The notes beneath the pieces were generated by a model that made no database searches, was not told the DNA's origin, and saw nothing but the letters and a program-made list of their open reading frames with translations. Positions 17,917 through 28,805 of a stretch of DNA of 64,000 nt are shown piece after piece. The stretch spans positions 38,231 through 102,230 of the forward strand of contig CBFIEF010000008.1 of assembly GCA_965661545.1 (NCBI GenBank). Direction: 5' to 3'. The translations under genes were made by a program, and so were the position numbers. Position 1 is the first letter of the stretch, and each line of letters starts with the position of its first letter. This DNA comes from Alphaproteobacteria bacterium (GTDB lineage Bacteria; Pseudomonadota; Alphaproteobacteria; UBA7985).

Positions 17917-19795
17917 GCCGGTCCTCGCCGCCAACCCGCATCCGCTGTCGGAGTTTGATCTGCATCTGATCAACCACGGCAACCACGAACGCCTGTTCGA
18001 AGTCCTTGGCTGTCACCTGTTCGACCAAGGCGCACGGTTCGCGGTTTGGGCACCGAACGCGCAGGCGGTTTCGGTGATTGGCGACTTCAACGGCTGGGCC
18101 GTCGATGCGACGCCGCTGCGCAAGCACGACACCTGCGGCGTGTGGGAAGGCTTCGTCCCGGATTTGGGGGAAAACGAGCGTTACAAGTACGCCGTCACCG
18201 GCGCAAATGGTCAGGTGGTTGAAAAGGCGGATCCGCTTGGTTTCGCCTCAGAACTTCGCCCGAATACGGCTTCGGTCTCCACCACCGTTGTCCGCGATTT
18301 GCCCCAACCCGACTACGAGCGTCGCATGGCCTATGACCAGCCCATGTCGATCTATGAAGTCCACCTTGGTTCTTGGCGCAAGCACGAGGGCTGGCGGTTT
18401 TATTCCTACGATGATCTGGCCGAGCAGTTGGTCGATTACGTAGCGGACCTTGGCTTTACCCATATCGAAGTCATGCCCCTGCATGAATTCCCATTCGATG
18501 GGTCTTGGGGCTATCAGCCGACGGGGCTTTTCTGTGCCACGAGCCGGTTTGGCAATGCCGGCGGATTGGCGCATTTGGTGCGCCGGGCGCATGAGCGGGG
18601 CTTGGGGGTTTTGATGGATTGGGTGCCGGGACACTTCCCCAAGGACGCCCACGGTTTGGCCCAATTCGACGGCGGCGCGCTGTATGAATACGCAGATCCA
18701 AAAAAGGGCGAACACCCGGACTGGGGCACGCTGGTCTATGACTATGGCCGGTGGGAAGTGGTCAACTTCCTCGAAGCCAACGCGGCTTTCTGGCTGGAGA
18801 AAATCGGCATGGACGGCCTGCGGGTCGATGCAGTCGCGTCGATGCTGTATCTGGATTACAGCCGCGACGACGGACAGTGGGTGCCGAACATTCATGGTGG
18901 CAACGAGAACCTCGAAACCACAGAATTCCTCAAGCGCCTGAACGCCAATCTCTACCGCCGCTATCCTCATGCTGCGGTTATTGCAGAAGAATCAACGGCG
19001 TGGCCGGGGGTTTCTCGGCCAGTAGATCAGGGCGGTTTGGGCTTTGGTTACAAGTGGAACATGGGCTGGATGAACGATACGCTGGCTTACATGGGCCGCG
19101 ATCCCATCCACCGACAATTCCATCACCGTGAAATCACCTTTGGCTTTGACTACGCCTTTGACGAGAACTTCATTCTGCCGCTGAGCCACGATGAAGTGGT
19201 GCATGGCAAAGGCTCCCTGCTGGGCCGCATGCCGGGCGATCCATGGCAGCGTTTTGCAAACCTCCGCGCCTATTATGGGTTCATGTGGGGGCATCCGGGG
19301 AAGAAGCTGCTGTTCATGGGCTGTGAGTTTGGCCAAGCGAGTGAATGGGACCACGAAAGCGAATTGCCGTGGGATGAAGCCGCTCAAGAACCCAACCGAC
19401 AGGTCAGCGCGCTGGTCCGCGAACTTAACGCCCTGCACTGCTCGGAACCCGCTCTGCACCAGCAAGACTGCCAGCCCGGCGGGCTGCAATGGATCGAAGG
19501 CGGAGACTCGGAGAACTCGGTGGTTGCCTTTATCCGGTGGGATCGCGCAGGCGCGGCACCGGTGGCCGTCATTACAAACTTTACACCCACGGTCCAAGAC
19601 TATCGCGTCGGCATGCCGCGCGCAGGAACGTGGACCTGCATTCTGAATACGGACAGCCGTGCCTATGGCGGGTCGGGCGTCTCCGAAGCAGCAGGCAGCA
19701 TGACCACAGAGGCCAGCGCGTGGCATGGGCAAGAGCAGTCTCTCGCCCTGAAACTGCCACCGCTCGCGACCCTTTATCTGCGTTTGGAGTCCTAA
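17909..19795 (+). CDS. glgB: 1,4-alpha-glucan branching enzyme
   Basis: GH13 motifs [41 protein letters not shown] 17909 ([20 protein letters not shown]) overlaps the glgP stop by 8 nt. ATG 17861 is the alternative start. Confidence 0.9.
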   Translation: MSEPVLAANPHPLSEFDLHLINHGNHERLFEVLGCHLFDQGARFAVWAPNAQAVSVIGDFNGWAVDATPLRKHDTCGVWEGFVPDLGENERYKYAVTGANGQVVEKADPLGFASELRPNTASVSTTVVRDLPQPDYERRMAYDQPMSIYEVHLGSWRKHEGWRFYSYDDLAEQLVDYVADLGFTHIEVMPLHEFPFDGSWGYQPTGLFCATSRFGNAGGLAHLVRRAHERGLGVLMDWVPGHFPKDAHGLAQFDGGALYEYADPKKGEHPDWGTLVYDYGRWEVVNFLEANAAFWLEKIGMDGLRVDAVASMLYLDYSRDDGQWVPNIHGGNENLETTEFLKRLNANLYRRYPHAAVIAEESTAWPGVSRPVDQGGLGFGYKWNMGWMNDTLAYMGRDPIHRQFHHREITFGFDYAFDENFILPLSHDEVVHGKGSLLGRMPGDPWQRFANLRAYYGFMWGHPGKKLLFMGCEFGQASEWDHESELPWDEAAQEPNRQVSALVRELNALHCSEPALHQQDCQPGGLQWIEGGDSENSVVAFIRWDRAGAAPVAVITNFTPTVQDYRVGMPRAGTWTCILNTDSRAYGGSGVSEAAGSMTTEASAWHGQEQSLALKLPPLATLYLRLES

Positions 19796-19833
19796 GGCGC
19801 GCAACAACGACTTTTCGGGGAGAAACGGAAATT

Positions 19834-21090
19834 ATGTCAGATCGAGTTACCATTCCAGAACTCACCAGAGCCACCTATGCGATGGTGCTGGCCGGTGGAC
19901 GCGGCAGTCGCCTCAAAGAGCTCACCAACGAGCGCGCAAAACCGGCGGTGCATTTTGGGGCTAAGAACCGGATCATTGACTTCGTACTTTCGAACGCCTG
20001 GAACAGCGGCATCCGAAAAATGGGCATTGCGACCCAGTACAAAGCCCACTCGCTCATCCGCCATTGTCAGCGCGGCTGGAACTTTGCGCGGGCTGAGCGG
20101 AACGAGTACTTCGACATTCTCCCCGCCTCGCAGCGGGTTGATGATGCTTGGTACAAAGGCACGGCTGATGCGGTGCTGCAGAACCTTGATATTATCGACG
20201 GCTACAAGCCGAAATATCTGCTGGTTCTGGCTGGAGATCATATCTACAAAATGGACTATGGCATCATGTTGCGGCAACACGTGGAGTCCGGTGCGGAAGT
20301 CACGGTTGGCTGTATCGATGTTCCGCTGGAGCAAGCTTCAGCCTTTGGCGTGATGACCGCAGACCCGTCGAACCGGATCACAGCCTTTACCGAAAAGCCG
20401 AAAAAGCCAGCGCCGATGGAGGGCAAACCAGACCGCGCTTTGGCGTCCATGGGCATCTATGTCTTCAACTACGACTTCATCAGCGACTTGCTGCGCAAGG
20501 ACGCCGGACAAGACGGCTCCACCCACGACTTTGGTACTGACATCATCCCCGAGTTGGTCAAACAAGGCGGCGCCTACTCCCATTGGTTCAACGAAAGTTG
20601 CGTGCGGGCCGAGGGCGAGAAGGAAGCATACTGGCGCGACGTGGGAACGCTCGACAGCTTCTGGGAAGCGAACATCGACCTGTGCACCCTCTCCCCCGCA
20701 CTCGACATCTACGACCGGTCCTGGCCGATCTGGACCTATGCGGAACTCAACGCGCCGGCCAAGTTCGTCCACGCAGAAGAAGGACGCACAGGGCGCGCGG
20801 TTGGCTCGCTGGTCGCAGGCGGCACCATCGTTTCGGGGGGCTTGGTCGAGCACTCCATGTTGTTCGCCAACGTGAAGGTCAACTCCTTCACCCACCTGCG
20901 CGATTGCATCGTGTTCCCTGATGCTGACATTGGCCGAGGCGCACGGCTGCATCGGGCGATCGTGGAAAAGGAAGTGCGGATTCCGCCAAATCTGGTCGTC
21001 GGTGAAGATGCAGCACTAGACGCGCAACGCTTCCGCCGAACGGAAAGCGGGATTACGCTGATTACAAAAGACATGATTGCGAAACTCTAA
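19834..21090 (+). CDS. glgC: glucose-1-phosphate adenylyltransferase
   Basis: [31 protein letters not shown]..., [10 protein letters not shown], and a C-terminal LbH domain. ATG 19834 is preceded by GGGGAG. Confidence 0.95.
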   Translation: MSDRVTIPELTRATYAMVLAGGRGSRLKELTNERAKPAVHFGAKNRIIDFVLSNAWNSGIRKMGIATQYKAHSLIRHCQRGWNFARAERNEYFDILPASQRVDDAWYKGTADAVLQNLDIIDGYKPKYLLVLAGDHIYKMDYGIMLRQHVESGAEVTVGCIDVPLEQASAFGVMTADPSNRITAFTEKPKKPAPMEGKPDRALASMGIYVFNYDFISDLLRKDAGQDGSTHDFGTDIIPELVKQGGAYSHWFNESCVRAEGEKEAYWRDVGTLDSFWEANIDLCTLSPALDIYDRSWPIWTYAELNAPAKFVHAEEGRTGRAVGSLVAGGTIVSGGLVEHSMLFANVKVNSFTHLRDCIVFPDADIGRGARLHRAIVEKEVRIPPNLVVGEDAALDAQRFRRTESGITLITKDMIAKL

Positions 21091-21093
21091 GCG

Positions 21094-22530
21094 ATGACAA
21101 AGCCCCTGCGCGTTCTATCGGTTGCTTCGGAAATGTATCCCTTTGTGAAAACAGGGGGATTGGCGGACGTTGTTGGTGCGCTGCCGGCGGCCTTGCGGGC
21201 GCAGGGTGTGGAGGTTACGACGCTCATCCCCGGTTATCGCTCTGTCCTGCCCAAGACAAGCGCGCGCGGAGACCTGCTCACGCTTGCGCCGGAAAGCAGC
21301 GCCTCGGGGCTGGTTCTCGCGGCAAATATTCCGGCGGCGTTTGACCGGGCGGGTGGGCCTTATCTGGATGAGCGTGGACAGGATTTTGCCGACAATCTGG
21401 CCCGGTTCAGTGCGTTCTCCGCTCGTGCCGCAGAAATCGCAGCAGGTCTATACGACGACCTGCCAGCCTTTGACCTCGTACACGCCCACGACTGGCAAGC
21501 GGCGGCGGTGATCGGCCATTTGCATCACAGACTGAAGGGACGGCCACTGCCCACCGTTTTCACCATCCACAACCTCGCTTTTCAAGGCCGGTTTGGGGGG
21601 GAGTGTTTTCAGGATGTTGGCTTGCCTGCGGCGTACTTCGACCGGCATTGGTTCGAGTTTTACGGTGATGTCAGCCTGCTGAAATCCGCTGTGCTGCGCG
21701 CGACCAAAGTAACCACCGTGAGCGAAACCTATGCCGCTGAGATCTGCGGTCCGGCGCAGGGCTTTGGCTTGAATGAACTGCTGGCGGGGCGCGGGGGCGA
21801 TTTGCTGGGGTTGGTAAACGGACTGGATACCACCGTTTGGAACCCCGCCACCGACAAGGCCCTGCCCCTAGCCTACGATAACGCGACCTTCGCGGCTGGA
21901 AAAGCGGCGGCAAAGGCGGCGTTGCAGGGGGAATACGGCCTGCAAGCCAGCGCTGAAAAACCGCTGTTCGGGCTGGTTTCTCGTCTGTCGGATCAAAAGG
22001 GCATCGACTTGATCGCTGAGCAAATCGACGGCTTGGTGTTTCGTGGGGCGCAAATGGCAATTCTGGGCAGTGGCGACCCGGCACTCGCGGCTGCGCTGGC
22101 GGCGAAAGCGAAGCAGCACCCGACGCAAGTGGCCTTCATCGATGGCTACAACGAAGCCTTCTCGCACCTGCTCCACGCTGCCTCTGACTTATTGCTGGTG
22201 CCATCACGGTTTGAGCCGTGCGGCTTGACGCAACTCAGCGCACAACGCTATGGCGCCGTGCCCGTCGTCTCCCCGGTCGGAGGCTTAGTCGATACGGTCA
22301 TTGACGCAAACACCGCCGCGCAGCGTGCGGGCGTCGGAACCGGGATCATCATGCGGGACGTTAGTTCGACGGGGCTGGGGCAAGCGCTGGATCGGGCGCT
22401 GAAGCTGTATCAGGAAACCCCCGAGGCCATGCGCCAAACGATCACGCGCGGCATGGGCGCGGACGTGGGATGGGATGCATCGGCGGCGGGGTATGCCGCG
22501 CTGTATCACAGCCTGACCTCAGATGTCTGA
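21094..22530 (+). CDS. glgA: glycogen synthase
   Basis: MTKPLRVLSVASEMYPFVKTGGLADVVGALP (KTGGL motif); GT5 family; 478 aa. Confidence 0.95.
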   Translation: MTKPLRVLSVASEMYPFVKTGGLADVVGALPAALRAQGVEVTTLIPGYRSVLPKTSARGDLLTLAPESSASGLVLAANIPAAFDRAGGPYLDERGQDFADNLARFSAFSARAAEIAAGLYDDLPAFDLVHAHDWQAAAVIGHLHHRLKGRPLPTVFTIHNLAFQGRFGGECFQDVGLPAAYFDRHWFEFYGDVSLLKSAVLRATKVTTVSETYAAEICGPAQGFGLNELLAGRGGDLLGLVNGLDTTVWNPATDKALPLAYDNATFAAGKAAAKAALQGEYGLQASAEKPLFGLVSRLSDQKGIDLIAEQIDGLVFRGAQMAILGSGDPALAAALAAKAKQHPTQVAFIDGYNEAFSHLLHAASDLLLVPSRFEPCGLTQLSAQRYGAVPVVSPVGGLVDTVIDANTAAQRAGVGTGIIMRDVSSTGLGQALDRALKLYQETPEAMRQTITRGMGADVGWDASAAGYAALYHSLTSDV

Positions 22531-24544
22531 AGCTCCAAAACCTGGCCTACACCGCCATAAAGATGGCCTCTCCGCGACGCTGTTTTCAGCGCATGCCGAA
22601 GCCGTCACCCTGTGCCTGTTCGCCGATGACCTGGAAACAGAACACGCGCGCGTGCCGCTGGTCCGTGGCACAGAGGGATGGTGGAGCGCGACGGTTACGA
22701 ATGCGCCGGAAAGCTTTGCTTACGGCTACCGAGTGGACGGCCCCTATGAGCCCGCTGCCGGTCATCGGTTCAATGCCAACAAACTGCTGGCCGATCCCTA
22801 CGCACGGGTGCTCAAGGGCACACTGATCAATGATCCTGCGCTTTTTGGCTTTACAGACTTTGAGACCGGAGACGGATTTTCAGCGCTTGATAGCGCGGCC
22901 CTCGTCCCCAAGGGCTGGTTCGAAGGCAAAGGCGAAGGCGATGGCTTTGCGACCCCGCGGGCGTGGACGCGCCCCAACACGCGCTGGCGGGACACAGTGA
23001 TTTATGAAGCCCACCTGAAAGGCTTTTCTAAGCAACACCCCACGGTATCAATCAGTGCTCAGGGGACATTCCAAGCCTACGCCGGGCCAGACAATCCCTT
23101 GGTGGCCTATTTGGCGGATTTGGGTGTGACGGCGGCTGAGTTTTTGCCGCTCATGGCCTTTTACGACGAGCGCCATCTTGGTCCCTTGGGCCTGACAAAT
23201 TACTGGGGCTACAACCCCTTGCACTTCTTCGTGCCAACGGACCGCTACAACGCCGATGGCGACCCCGTCGCAGCCGTTCAGGCCATGGTCGAAGGCTTCC
23301 ATGCAGCCGGCCTCGAAGTGCTGCACGACGTTGTGTTCAACCATACCGCTGAAAGCGACCATTTGGGGCCAACGCTGAGCTTTCGCGGGCTGGATAACGC
23401 CAGCTACTACCACTTAGAACCCGGCAATCCCGCCCGTTACTTCAACCCCACTGGCACGGGAAACGCGCTCAATGGCGGTCATCCGGCGGTGCAGCGTTTG
23501 GTGCTGGATGCGCTGGCCTATTGGCATCACGCGCTGGGGTTCGACGGGTTCCGCTTTGACCTCGCCTCAACACTTGCCCGCGACGCACAAGGGAAAATGC
23601 AAAGTCCGCCAAGCAGTCTCATCGGGCTGATCGACACAGACCCTCGGCTTGCTGGTGCAAAGTTGATCGCGGAGCCGTGGGACATTGGCGAAGACGGCTA
23701 TCAACTGGGGCAGTTTGACGGGCGTTGGACGGAGTGGAACGACCGCTTCCGCGATGGTGCCCGCGCGCTGTGGCATCCGGCGCATCGATCAGGCGCTTTG
23801 CAGCGGTTTGCGGACCATTTACTCGGGTCGGCCACCAGCTTTGACCGGCCTCTGCAATCCATCAACTTCATCGCCGCCCACGATGGCTTCACGCTGGCGG
23901 ATATGGTCGCCTTTGACCACAAACACAACGAGGCCAATGGCGAGCAAAACCGCGATGGTCACGGACATAACCTGTCATGGAACCATGGGGTTGAAGGGCC
24001 GACGGTCTCGCCGTCAATCCTGGCGGAACGCGCCCGCACACAGCGCGCTTTGCTGCTGACGCTGCTGCTGTCCCAAGGGGTGCCAATGCTGGCCATGGGG
24101 GATGAGCAAGGCCACAGCCAAGACGGTAACAACAACGCCTATTGTCAGGATGGGCCGCTGTCGTGGCTGGATTGGTCGGATAGCGATGCCGGATTAGCAG
24201 ACTTTGTTCGGGACGCCCTCGCGCTGGTGCGTCGCCTGCCGTCGCTGCGCCAAGCGCGGCATCTTCACCGGGCCGAGCACGTATCATGGTGGCGGACCGA
24301 TGCGCTGCAAATGCGCGCACCAGACTGGGAAAACGACGATTTGTGCGCGCTGGTGATGCACTTGGCTCCGGTAACAGACACAGACCCAGCCGTAGCGATT
24401 GCCCTGAATATCGGGGATGCTGATTGCCCGTTGCAGCTTCCAAACGGTCCAGACTGGTCTTTGGCGCTTAGCTCCGCCGATGGGGGGAGCGTTGAGCAGT
24501 TGCCGCGTCGTTCGATTGCTGTTTTCCAAAGCGCGCAGGACTGA
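22523..24544 (+). CDS. glgX: glycogen debranching enzyme
   Basis: GH13_11-like: YWGYNP, DVVFNHTAE, GFRFDLAS, AEPWD, FIAAHDGFTL. It overlaps the glgA stop by 8 nt. Confidence 0.9.
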   Translation: MSEAPKPGLHRHKDGLSATLFSAHAEAVTLCLFADDLETEHARVPLVRGTEGWWSATVTNAPESFAYGYRVDGPYEPAAGHRFNANKLLADPYARVLKGTLINDPALFGFTDFETGDGFSALDSAALVPKGWFEGKGEGDGFATPRAWTRPNTRWRDTVIYEAHLKGFSKQHPTVSISAQGTFQAYAGPDNPLVAYLADLGVTAAEFLPLMAFYDERHLGPLGLTNYWGYNPLHFFVPTDRYNADGDPVAAVQAMVEGFHAAGLEVLHDVVFNHTAESDHLGPTLSFRGLDNASYYHLEPGNPARYFNPTGTGNALNGGHPAVQRLVLDALAYWHHALGFDGFRFDLASTLARDAQGKMQSPPSSLIGLIDTDPRLAGAKLIAEPWDIGEDGYQLGQFDGRWTEWNDRFRDGARALWHPAHRSGALQRFADHLLGSATSFDRPLQSINFIAAHDGFTLADMVAFDHKHNEANGEQNRDGHGHNLSWNHGVEGPTVSPSILAERARTQRALLLTLLLSQGVPMLAMGDEQGHSQDGNNNAYCQDGPLSWLDWSDSDAGLADFVRDALALVRRLPSLRQARHLHRAEHVSWWRTDALQMRAPDWENDDLCALVMHLAPVTDTDPAVAIALNIGDADCPLQLPNGPDWSLALSSADGGSVEQLPRRSIAVFQSAQD

Positions 24545-25414
24545 CTAGGCTGCGTCCAGCAACAACGTTTCCAGCATCTGGAACTGTATCAGCCGCTGCG
24601 GCGCCCAATCATCGTCCCACCCCCACAGCAGTGACATGCCACCATAGAGAACGGCAAACTCCAACACTCTGCGCCGCCCCTCGCCCCCCTGCGCGTTGGC
24701 AGCGATATGGTTTGCCAGCCAGTCCATTCGCTCGATTTGAGCCACGCGGCTGGGCTGGTCCATAGGGTTGAAAAACAGGTTGGCGAAGTCGTAGGCGACG
24801 TGTCCCAACAAGCCTTTTGGATCAATCACCACCCAGTCGCCACTCCGACCTTCGCGCAAAACATTACCGTGGTGGATGTCGCCATGGAGGGGTTGAGGTG
24901 AGGTGCCCATGAGATCCAAGGCCTGCGCGAACGGTCGCCAGCGGTCAAAGCATGCTTCCCCTATGGCGCGGAGCGTAAAGACGTGGTCCCGCACTGCCGT
25001 GAGCGGCACCAATCCATCGGGCGCTTCATCGGCTTGGTTGCCGTTTCTATGCAAGGCGTCAGCGGTTTGGACCAGCACAGCAAAGGCGGTTTGATCGTCG
25101 AAGGCGCTGGCGTCGTCTAAGGCTGGAATTTCGGTGGCCTCGGCCATCAACACGGCGTCGGCATCGCGGTTCCATACCGAAACTGCACCCCTTTGCTCTC
25201 CCGAAGCTCCCCACCACTGCAGCAGCGCCATGCCCGGGCGCTCGTCACTGTCTGGCTTAGCGACTTTGAGAACCGCGGGCTCAGGCGCGAAGACGCGTTG
25301 CAGCCACGACGAGTTGGTTTCAAAACCAGCCTCCCGCGGCTCCAGCGACCAACGCTGCGCATAGTCGCGCAGGACGGCTGCGCCGGGGCTGCTGTCGTCG
25401 AGTGGACGCTGCAC
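24545..25414 (-). CDS. aminoglycoside/hydroxyurea-resistance-type kinase (APH(6)/StrB-like family)
   Basis: 289 aa with the catalytic loop LHGDIHHGNVL and VIDPKG. The overall layout is that of APH(6)-family phosphotransferases. Confidence 0.7.
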   Translation of the reverse strand: MQRPLDDSSPGAAVLRDYAQRWSLEPREAGFETNSSWLQRVFAPEPAVLKVAKPDSDERPGMALLQWWGASGEQRGAVSVWNRDADAVLMAEATEIPALDDASAFDDQTAFAVLVQTADALHRNGNQADEAPDGLVPLTAVRDHVFTLRAIGEACFDRWRPFAQALDLMGTSPQPLHGDIHHGNVLREGRSGDWVVIDPKGLLGHVAYDFANLFFNPMDQPSRVAQIERMDWLANHIAANAQGGEGRRRVLEFAVLYGGMSLLWGWDDDWAPQRLIQFQMLETLLLDAA

Positions 25415-25424
25415 GTGCTGCCCC

Positions 25425-27464
25425 CTATTTGTTACGGATTTTGCCGGTTACCAGATCGAGTACCGCCGCCCCGGCGTCAATCACGTTGGTGCCGGGGCCA
25501 AAGATGGCAGCGACGCCGGCGGCTTTCAGGATGTCGTAATCCTGCTCCGGGATCACCCCGCCACAAATGACAATCATATCTTCCCGTCCCCCGGCGCGCA
25601 GGGCGTCAATCAGTGCGGGAAGCAAGGTCTTATGCCCCGCCGCCAAGGACGAGACACCCACCACTTGCGCCTTGGCCGCGATGGCTTGCTCGGCGGCCTC
25701 TTCAGGGGTCTGAAACAGCGGCGACGTTTGAACGTCGTATCCGAAATCAAGGAAGGCGGAGGCAATCACCCGACTGCCTCGGTCGTGACCGTCTTGCCCG
25801 AGCTTAGCCATATACAGGCGCGGGGCGCTGTCCATGGCAGTGATGCGAGCGATGAGGGTTTGCACTTGCGGATCATCGGCCAACTCAGCGCCGTACACGC
25901 CTCGCACCAAAGAAGGGTTGCCGTCATACTCGGCAAACACGGCACGCAGACGATCACTGACCTCACCCACGGTGGCCCGCACGCGCATGGCCTCAACGGT
26001 GGCTGCGAGCAAATTGCCGTCGCTGCGCGCCGCCTCTTCCAAGGCCGCTAATGCGGCTTCAACGCGGTCTGTGGGACGGGTCGCGCGCAAGGATTGCAAC
26101 TGCGCCACTTGGGCCTCGCGGACGGCGTTATTGTCGATGTCGAGCACCTCGATGGGGTCACTCTCATCACGCTGGTATTTGTTGACGCCGACGATCACCT
26201 GACGGCCACTGTCGATGGCGGCTTGTCGCTGGATGGCGGCAGTTTCGATTTGCGCTTTGGGCCAGCCGGTTTCGATGGCTGCGGTCATACCGCCGCGGGC
26301 TTCGACTTCTTGGATCAGCGCCCAAGCCTGCTCGGCCATGTCGGCGGTCATCTTCTCCACGTAGTACGACCCAGCGAGCGGATCCACGACGTCGGTGACA
26401 CCGGTTTCGTGGGCGAGGATCAGCTGCGTGTTTCGGGCGATGCGGGAGCTGAATTCTGTGGGCAGCGCAATGGCTTCATCAAAGCTGTTGGTGTGCAGGG
26501 ACTGAGTACCGCCCAAGACCGCACTCATCGCCTCGAATGCCGTGCGGACGACGTTGTTGTAGGGCTCTTGCTCCTGCAAGGAGACACCGGATGTCTGGCA
26601 GTGTGTCCGCAGCATCATGGATTTGGGGTTCTGGGGCTCAAACTCTGCCATGATCCGCGACCACAGCAAGCGCGCGGCGCGCAGCTTGGCGGCTTCGGCA
26701 AAGAAATCCATGCCGATCGCAAAGAAGAACGACAAGCGCGGGGCAAAAGCGTCCACGTCCAAGCCTTTGGCCAATGCTGCCCGCACGTACTCCCGCCCAT
26801 CAGCGAGGGTAAAGGCCAACTCCTGCACCAGCGAGGCGCCGGCTTCTTGCATGTGATAGCCGGAAATGGAGATCGAGTTGAACTTGGGCATATTCTGCGC
26901 GGTGTATTCGATGATGTCGGCAACGATGCGCATGCTCGGCTGTGGGGGGTAGATGTAGGTGTTGCGGACCATGAACTCCTTGAGAATATCATTCTGGATC
27001 GTTCCGGCCAGCGCCGCTTGGCTCGCGCCCTGCTCCTCACCCGCAACGATATAGGCGGCGAGAACCGGCAGCACGGCGCCGTTCATGGTCATGGACACAG
27101 AGACATCTTGCAGCGATATGCCGTCGAACAGGCGGCGCATGTCCTCAACACTGTCGATGGCAACCCCCGCCTTGCCCACGTCCCCGCGTACGCGCTCGTG
27201 GTCGCTGTCATAGCCGCGGTGGGTGGCGAGATCGAAGGCGACAGACAAACCCTTTTGCCCACCGGCTAAAGCTTGCCGATAAAAGGCGTTGCTTTCTTCG
27301 GCGGTGGAAAAGCCGGCGTATTGGCGAATGGTCCAAGACCGCTGCGTGTACATGCTGGCATAGGGGCCGCGCACAAACGGCGCTTCGCCTGGCGCGCTGT
27401 CCAGATGATCCAAGCCGTCCAGATCTTGGGCCGTATAAATGGTTTTGGTGGTATCGCTCGTCAT
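25425..27464 (-). CDS. scpA: methylmalonyl-CoA mutase (B12-dependent, single-polypeptide type)
   Basis: [58 protein letters not shown]. The C-terminal B12-binding domain carries GQDGHDRG. Confidence 0.88.
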   Translation of the reverse strand: MTSDTTKTIYTAQDLDGLDHLDSAPGEAPFVRGPYASMYTQRSWTIRQYAGFSTAEESNAFYRQALAGGQKGLSVAFDLATHRGYDSDHERVRGDVGKAGVAIDSVEDMRRLFDGISLQDVSVSMTMNGAVLPVLAAYIVAGEEQGASQAALAGTIQNDILKEFMVRNTYIYPPQPSMRIVADIIEYTAQNMPKFNSISISGYHMQEAGASLVQELAFTLADGREYVRAALAKGLDVDAFAPRLSFFFAIGMDFFAEAAKLRAARLLWSRIMAEFEPQNPKSMMLRTHCQTSGVSLQEQEPYNNVVRTAFEAMSAVLGGTQSLHTNSFDEAIALPTEFSSRIARNTQLILAHETGVTDVVDPLAGSYYVEKMTADMAEQAWALIQEVEARGGMTAAIETGWPKAQIETAAIQRQAAIDSGRQVIVGVNKYQRDESDPIEVLDIDNNAVREAQVAQLQSLRATRPTDRVEAALAALEEAARSDGNLLAATVEAMRVRATVGEVSDRLRAVFAEYDGNPSLVRGVYGAELADDPQVQTLIARITAMDSAPRLYMAKLGQDGHDRGSRVIASAFLDFGYDVQTSPLFQTPEEAAEQAIAAKAQVVGVSSLAAGHKTLLPALIDALRAGGREDMIVICGGVIPEQDYDILKAAGVAAIFGPGTNVIDAGAAVLDLVTGKIRNK

Positions 27465-27632
27465 TGTGCGCCCCGGTTTCGTTTGTCTGACAACATAAGG
27501 CGTTCTCCACTTTCTTGGCTAACACGGCAGGCAACCCTCGCACAGGGGGGAATCAGAGCGCTGGTCGCAGTCGTGCAAGAAATTGCCGCCTGGTCCCTTG
27601 CGCACGGTACGTTCTTGCGGCAGAACGACGCG

Positions 27633-27850
27633 GACCTTTGGTGTCTCATTACAGTCCAAGACTGGAGACTTAATAGGGAACTCGGTGCGGCGTACCCATT
27701 AGGGACCAAAACCGAGGCTGTCCCCGCAACTGTAAGCGGATAGCGCAGCTCCACCAGGCCACTGAAGCCCTCGCCCCGTGTGAGTGCCTTGGGAAGGCCG
27801 GAGCAACAAGCGCCATGACCCGCGAGCCAGAAGACCTGCCAAGGCATTGT
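27633..27850 (+). promoter_or_regulatory. cobalamin (B12) riboswitch
   Basis: Conserved core read directly: AATAGGGAA 27672-27680, GGTGCGG 27684-27690, CCCCGCAACTGTAAGCGG 27722-27739, GCCACTG 27758-27764, GGGAAGGCCGG 27791-27801, B12 box AGCCAGAAGACCTGCC 27825-27840. The outer boundaries are approximate. Confidence 0.85.
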
Positions 27851-27890
27851 GAAACCATCTTTGAGGGCGGGTGACCCTCTGGGAGTGACC

Positions 27891-28043
27891 ATGACGATTG
27901 TCAATTCTGACCGTGCAACCCGCGCGGCTTCGCGTTCCTTTACTTTAGACGTCACACGACCGTCGCAAGCCATGCTGCTGATCAGCGCTGGCGGGGCTTC
28001 GGTGCTGTGTTGGCTGGGCCTTATTGCGCTGATCCTGCTCTAG
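27891..28043 (+). CDS. small single-TM protein / leader ORF downstream of the B12 riboswitch
   Basis: SD GGGAG (27881-27885) lies 5 nt before the ATG. The 50-aa product MTIVNSDRATRAASRSFTLDVTRPSQAMLLISAGGASVLCWLGLIALILL has one TM. Its stop is 3 nt before the ATPase start. Confidence 0.5.
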   Translation: MTIVNSDRATRAASRSFTLDVTRPSQAMLLISAGGASVLCWLGLIALILL

Positions 28044-28046
28044 GGC

Positions 28047-28805
28047 ATGCTACACGCAATAGACCTTGCCGTCGGCTACCGTGCCGAAACGGTGGCGCGT
28101 GACCTGACGTTTGATGTACAGCCCGGAGAAATCCTCGCGGTCATCGGCCATAACGGCTCTGGCAAATCAACGTTGGTGAAAACCATTCTTGGGATTGAAA
28201 CCCCGCGGGCTGGCGCGCTGGCTTGGACACAGGGCCGTGCGCCCCAGCCGATTGGCTATCTGGGCCAACTCACGGAATTCGACCGGCGTTTCCCGATGCG
28301 TGTCTGCGATCTGGTGGAAACCGGCGGGTGGAGCAAGCTGGGTTTCTTTGATGCTGCTGGCACTCGAGCGCGGGTTCGGGCGAGCGAGGCGCTTGACCGT
28401 GTTGGCCTGAACGATATCGCGACCTTGCCCCTGCATAAACTCTCCGCCGGGCAACTCCAACGCGCACTGTTCGCGCGAACGATGGTGCAAGACGCACAGG
28501 TGATCATCCTCGACGAACCCTTTGCCGCCGTGGACCAGAACACCGAAGCGGACCTGATGCAGCACGTACTGACGTGGGTCGGCGAAGGCCGTTCGGTCAT
28601 CATGGTGCTGCACAACCTCTCCGCTGTCCTCCATCACTGCGAACGCACGCTACTGCTGGGCCGAGGCTCGGGCCGCTTTGGCCCTTCACGCGCGGTGTTG
28701 AACGCGGGTGCGCTGGTTGAGATGGGCTATTTGGCAGCCGATCAAGCGCGCTGGTTGATGGGATCACTCGATGGCTCGGCTGAGGACGGGCGCGACGATG
28801 CTTGA
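28047..28805 (+). CDS. metal ABC transporter ATP-binding protein (ZnuC/MntA/TroB type)
   Basis: GHNGSGKSTL, LSAGQLQR, IILDEP; 252 aa. Confidence 0.88.
   Translation: MLHAIDLAVGYRAETVARDLTFDVQPGEILAVIGHNGSGKSTLVKTILGIETPRAGALAWTQGRAPQPIGYLGQLTEFDRRFPMRVCDLVETGGWSKLGFFDAAGTRARVRASEALDRVGLNDIATLPLHKLSAGQLQRALFARTMVQDAQVIILDEPFAAVDQNTEADLMQHVLTWVGEGRSVIMVLHNLSAVLHHCERTLLLGRGSGRFGPSRAVLNAGALVEMGYLAADQARWLMGSLDGSAEDGRDDA

Noticed and set aside
26094-27269. 391-aa ORF on the + strand.
   Set aside because: It is antisense to the methylmalonyl-CoA mutase gene, has no recognisable motifs, and shows the composition typical of shadow ORFs.
25425-27464. Ethylmalonyl-CoA mutase (Ecm/MeaA) call, considered on the basis of its length (679 aa) and the Rhodobacterales-like context.
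   Set aside because: The motifs [23 protein letters not shown] and [16 protein letters not shown] match what I remember for methylmalonyl-CoA mutase. They do not match the Ecm variants (RTYAGHSTA, DLPTQTGYDSD). A phylogeny is still needed to be certain.
27461-27973. 170-aa minus-strand ORF upstream of the mutase gene.
   Set aside because: It is the antisense of the cobalamin riboswitch and the leader ORF, and it has no protein-like features.
27465-28046. Looked for a Zur/Mur-type AT-rich palindromic operator in front of the Znu-type operon, which would support ordinary zinc or manganese regulation.
   Set aside because: I saw no obvious AT-rich palindrome. The region is occupied by the riboswitch. 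I cannot exclude a degenerate operator without a motif scan.
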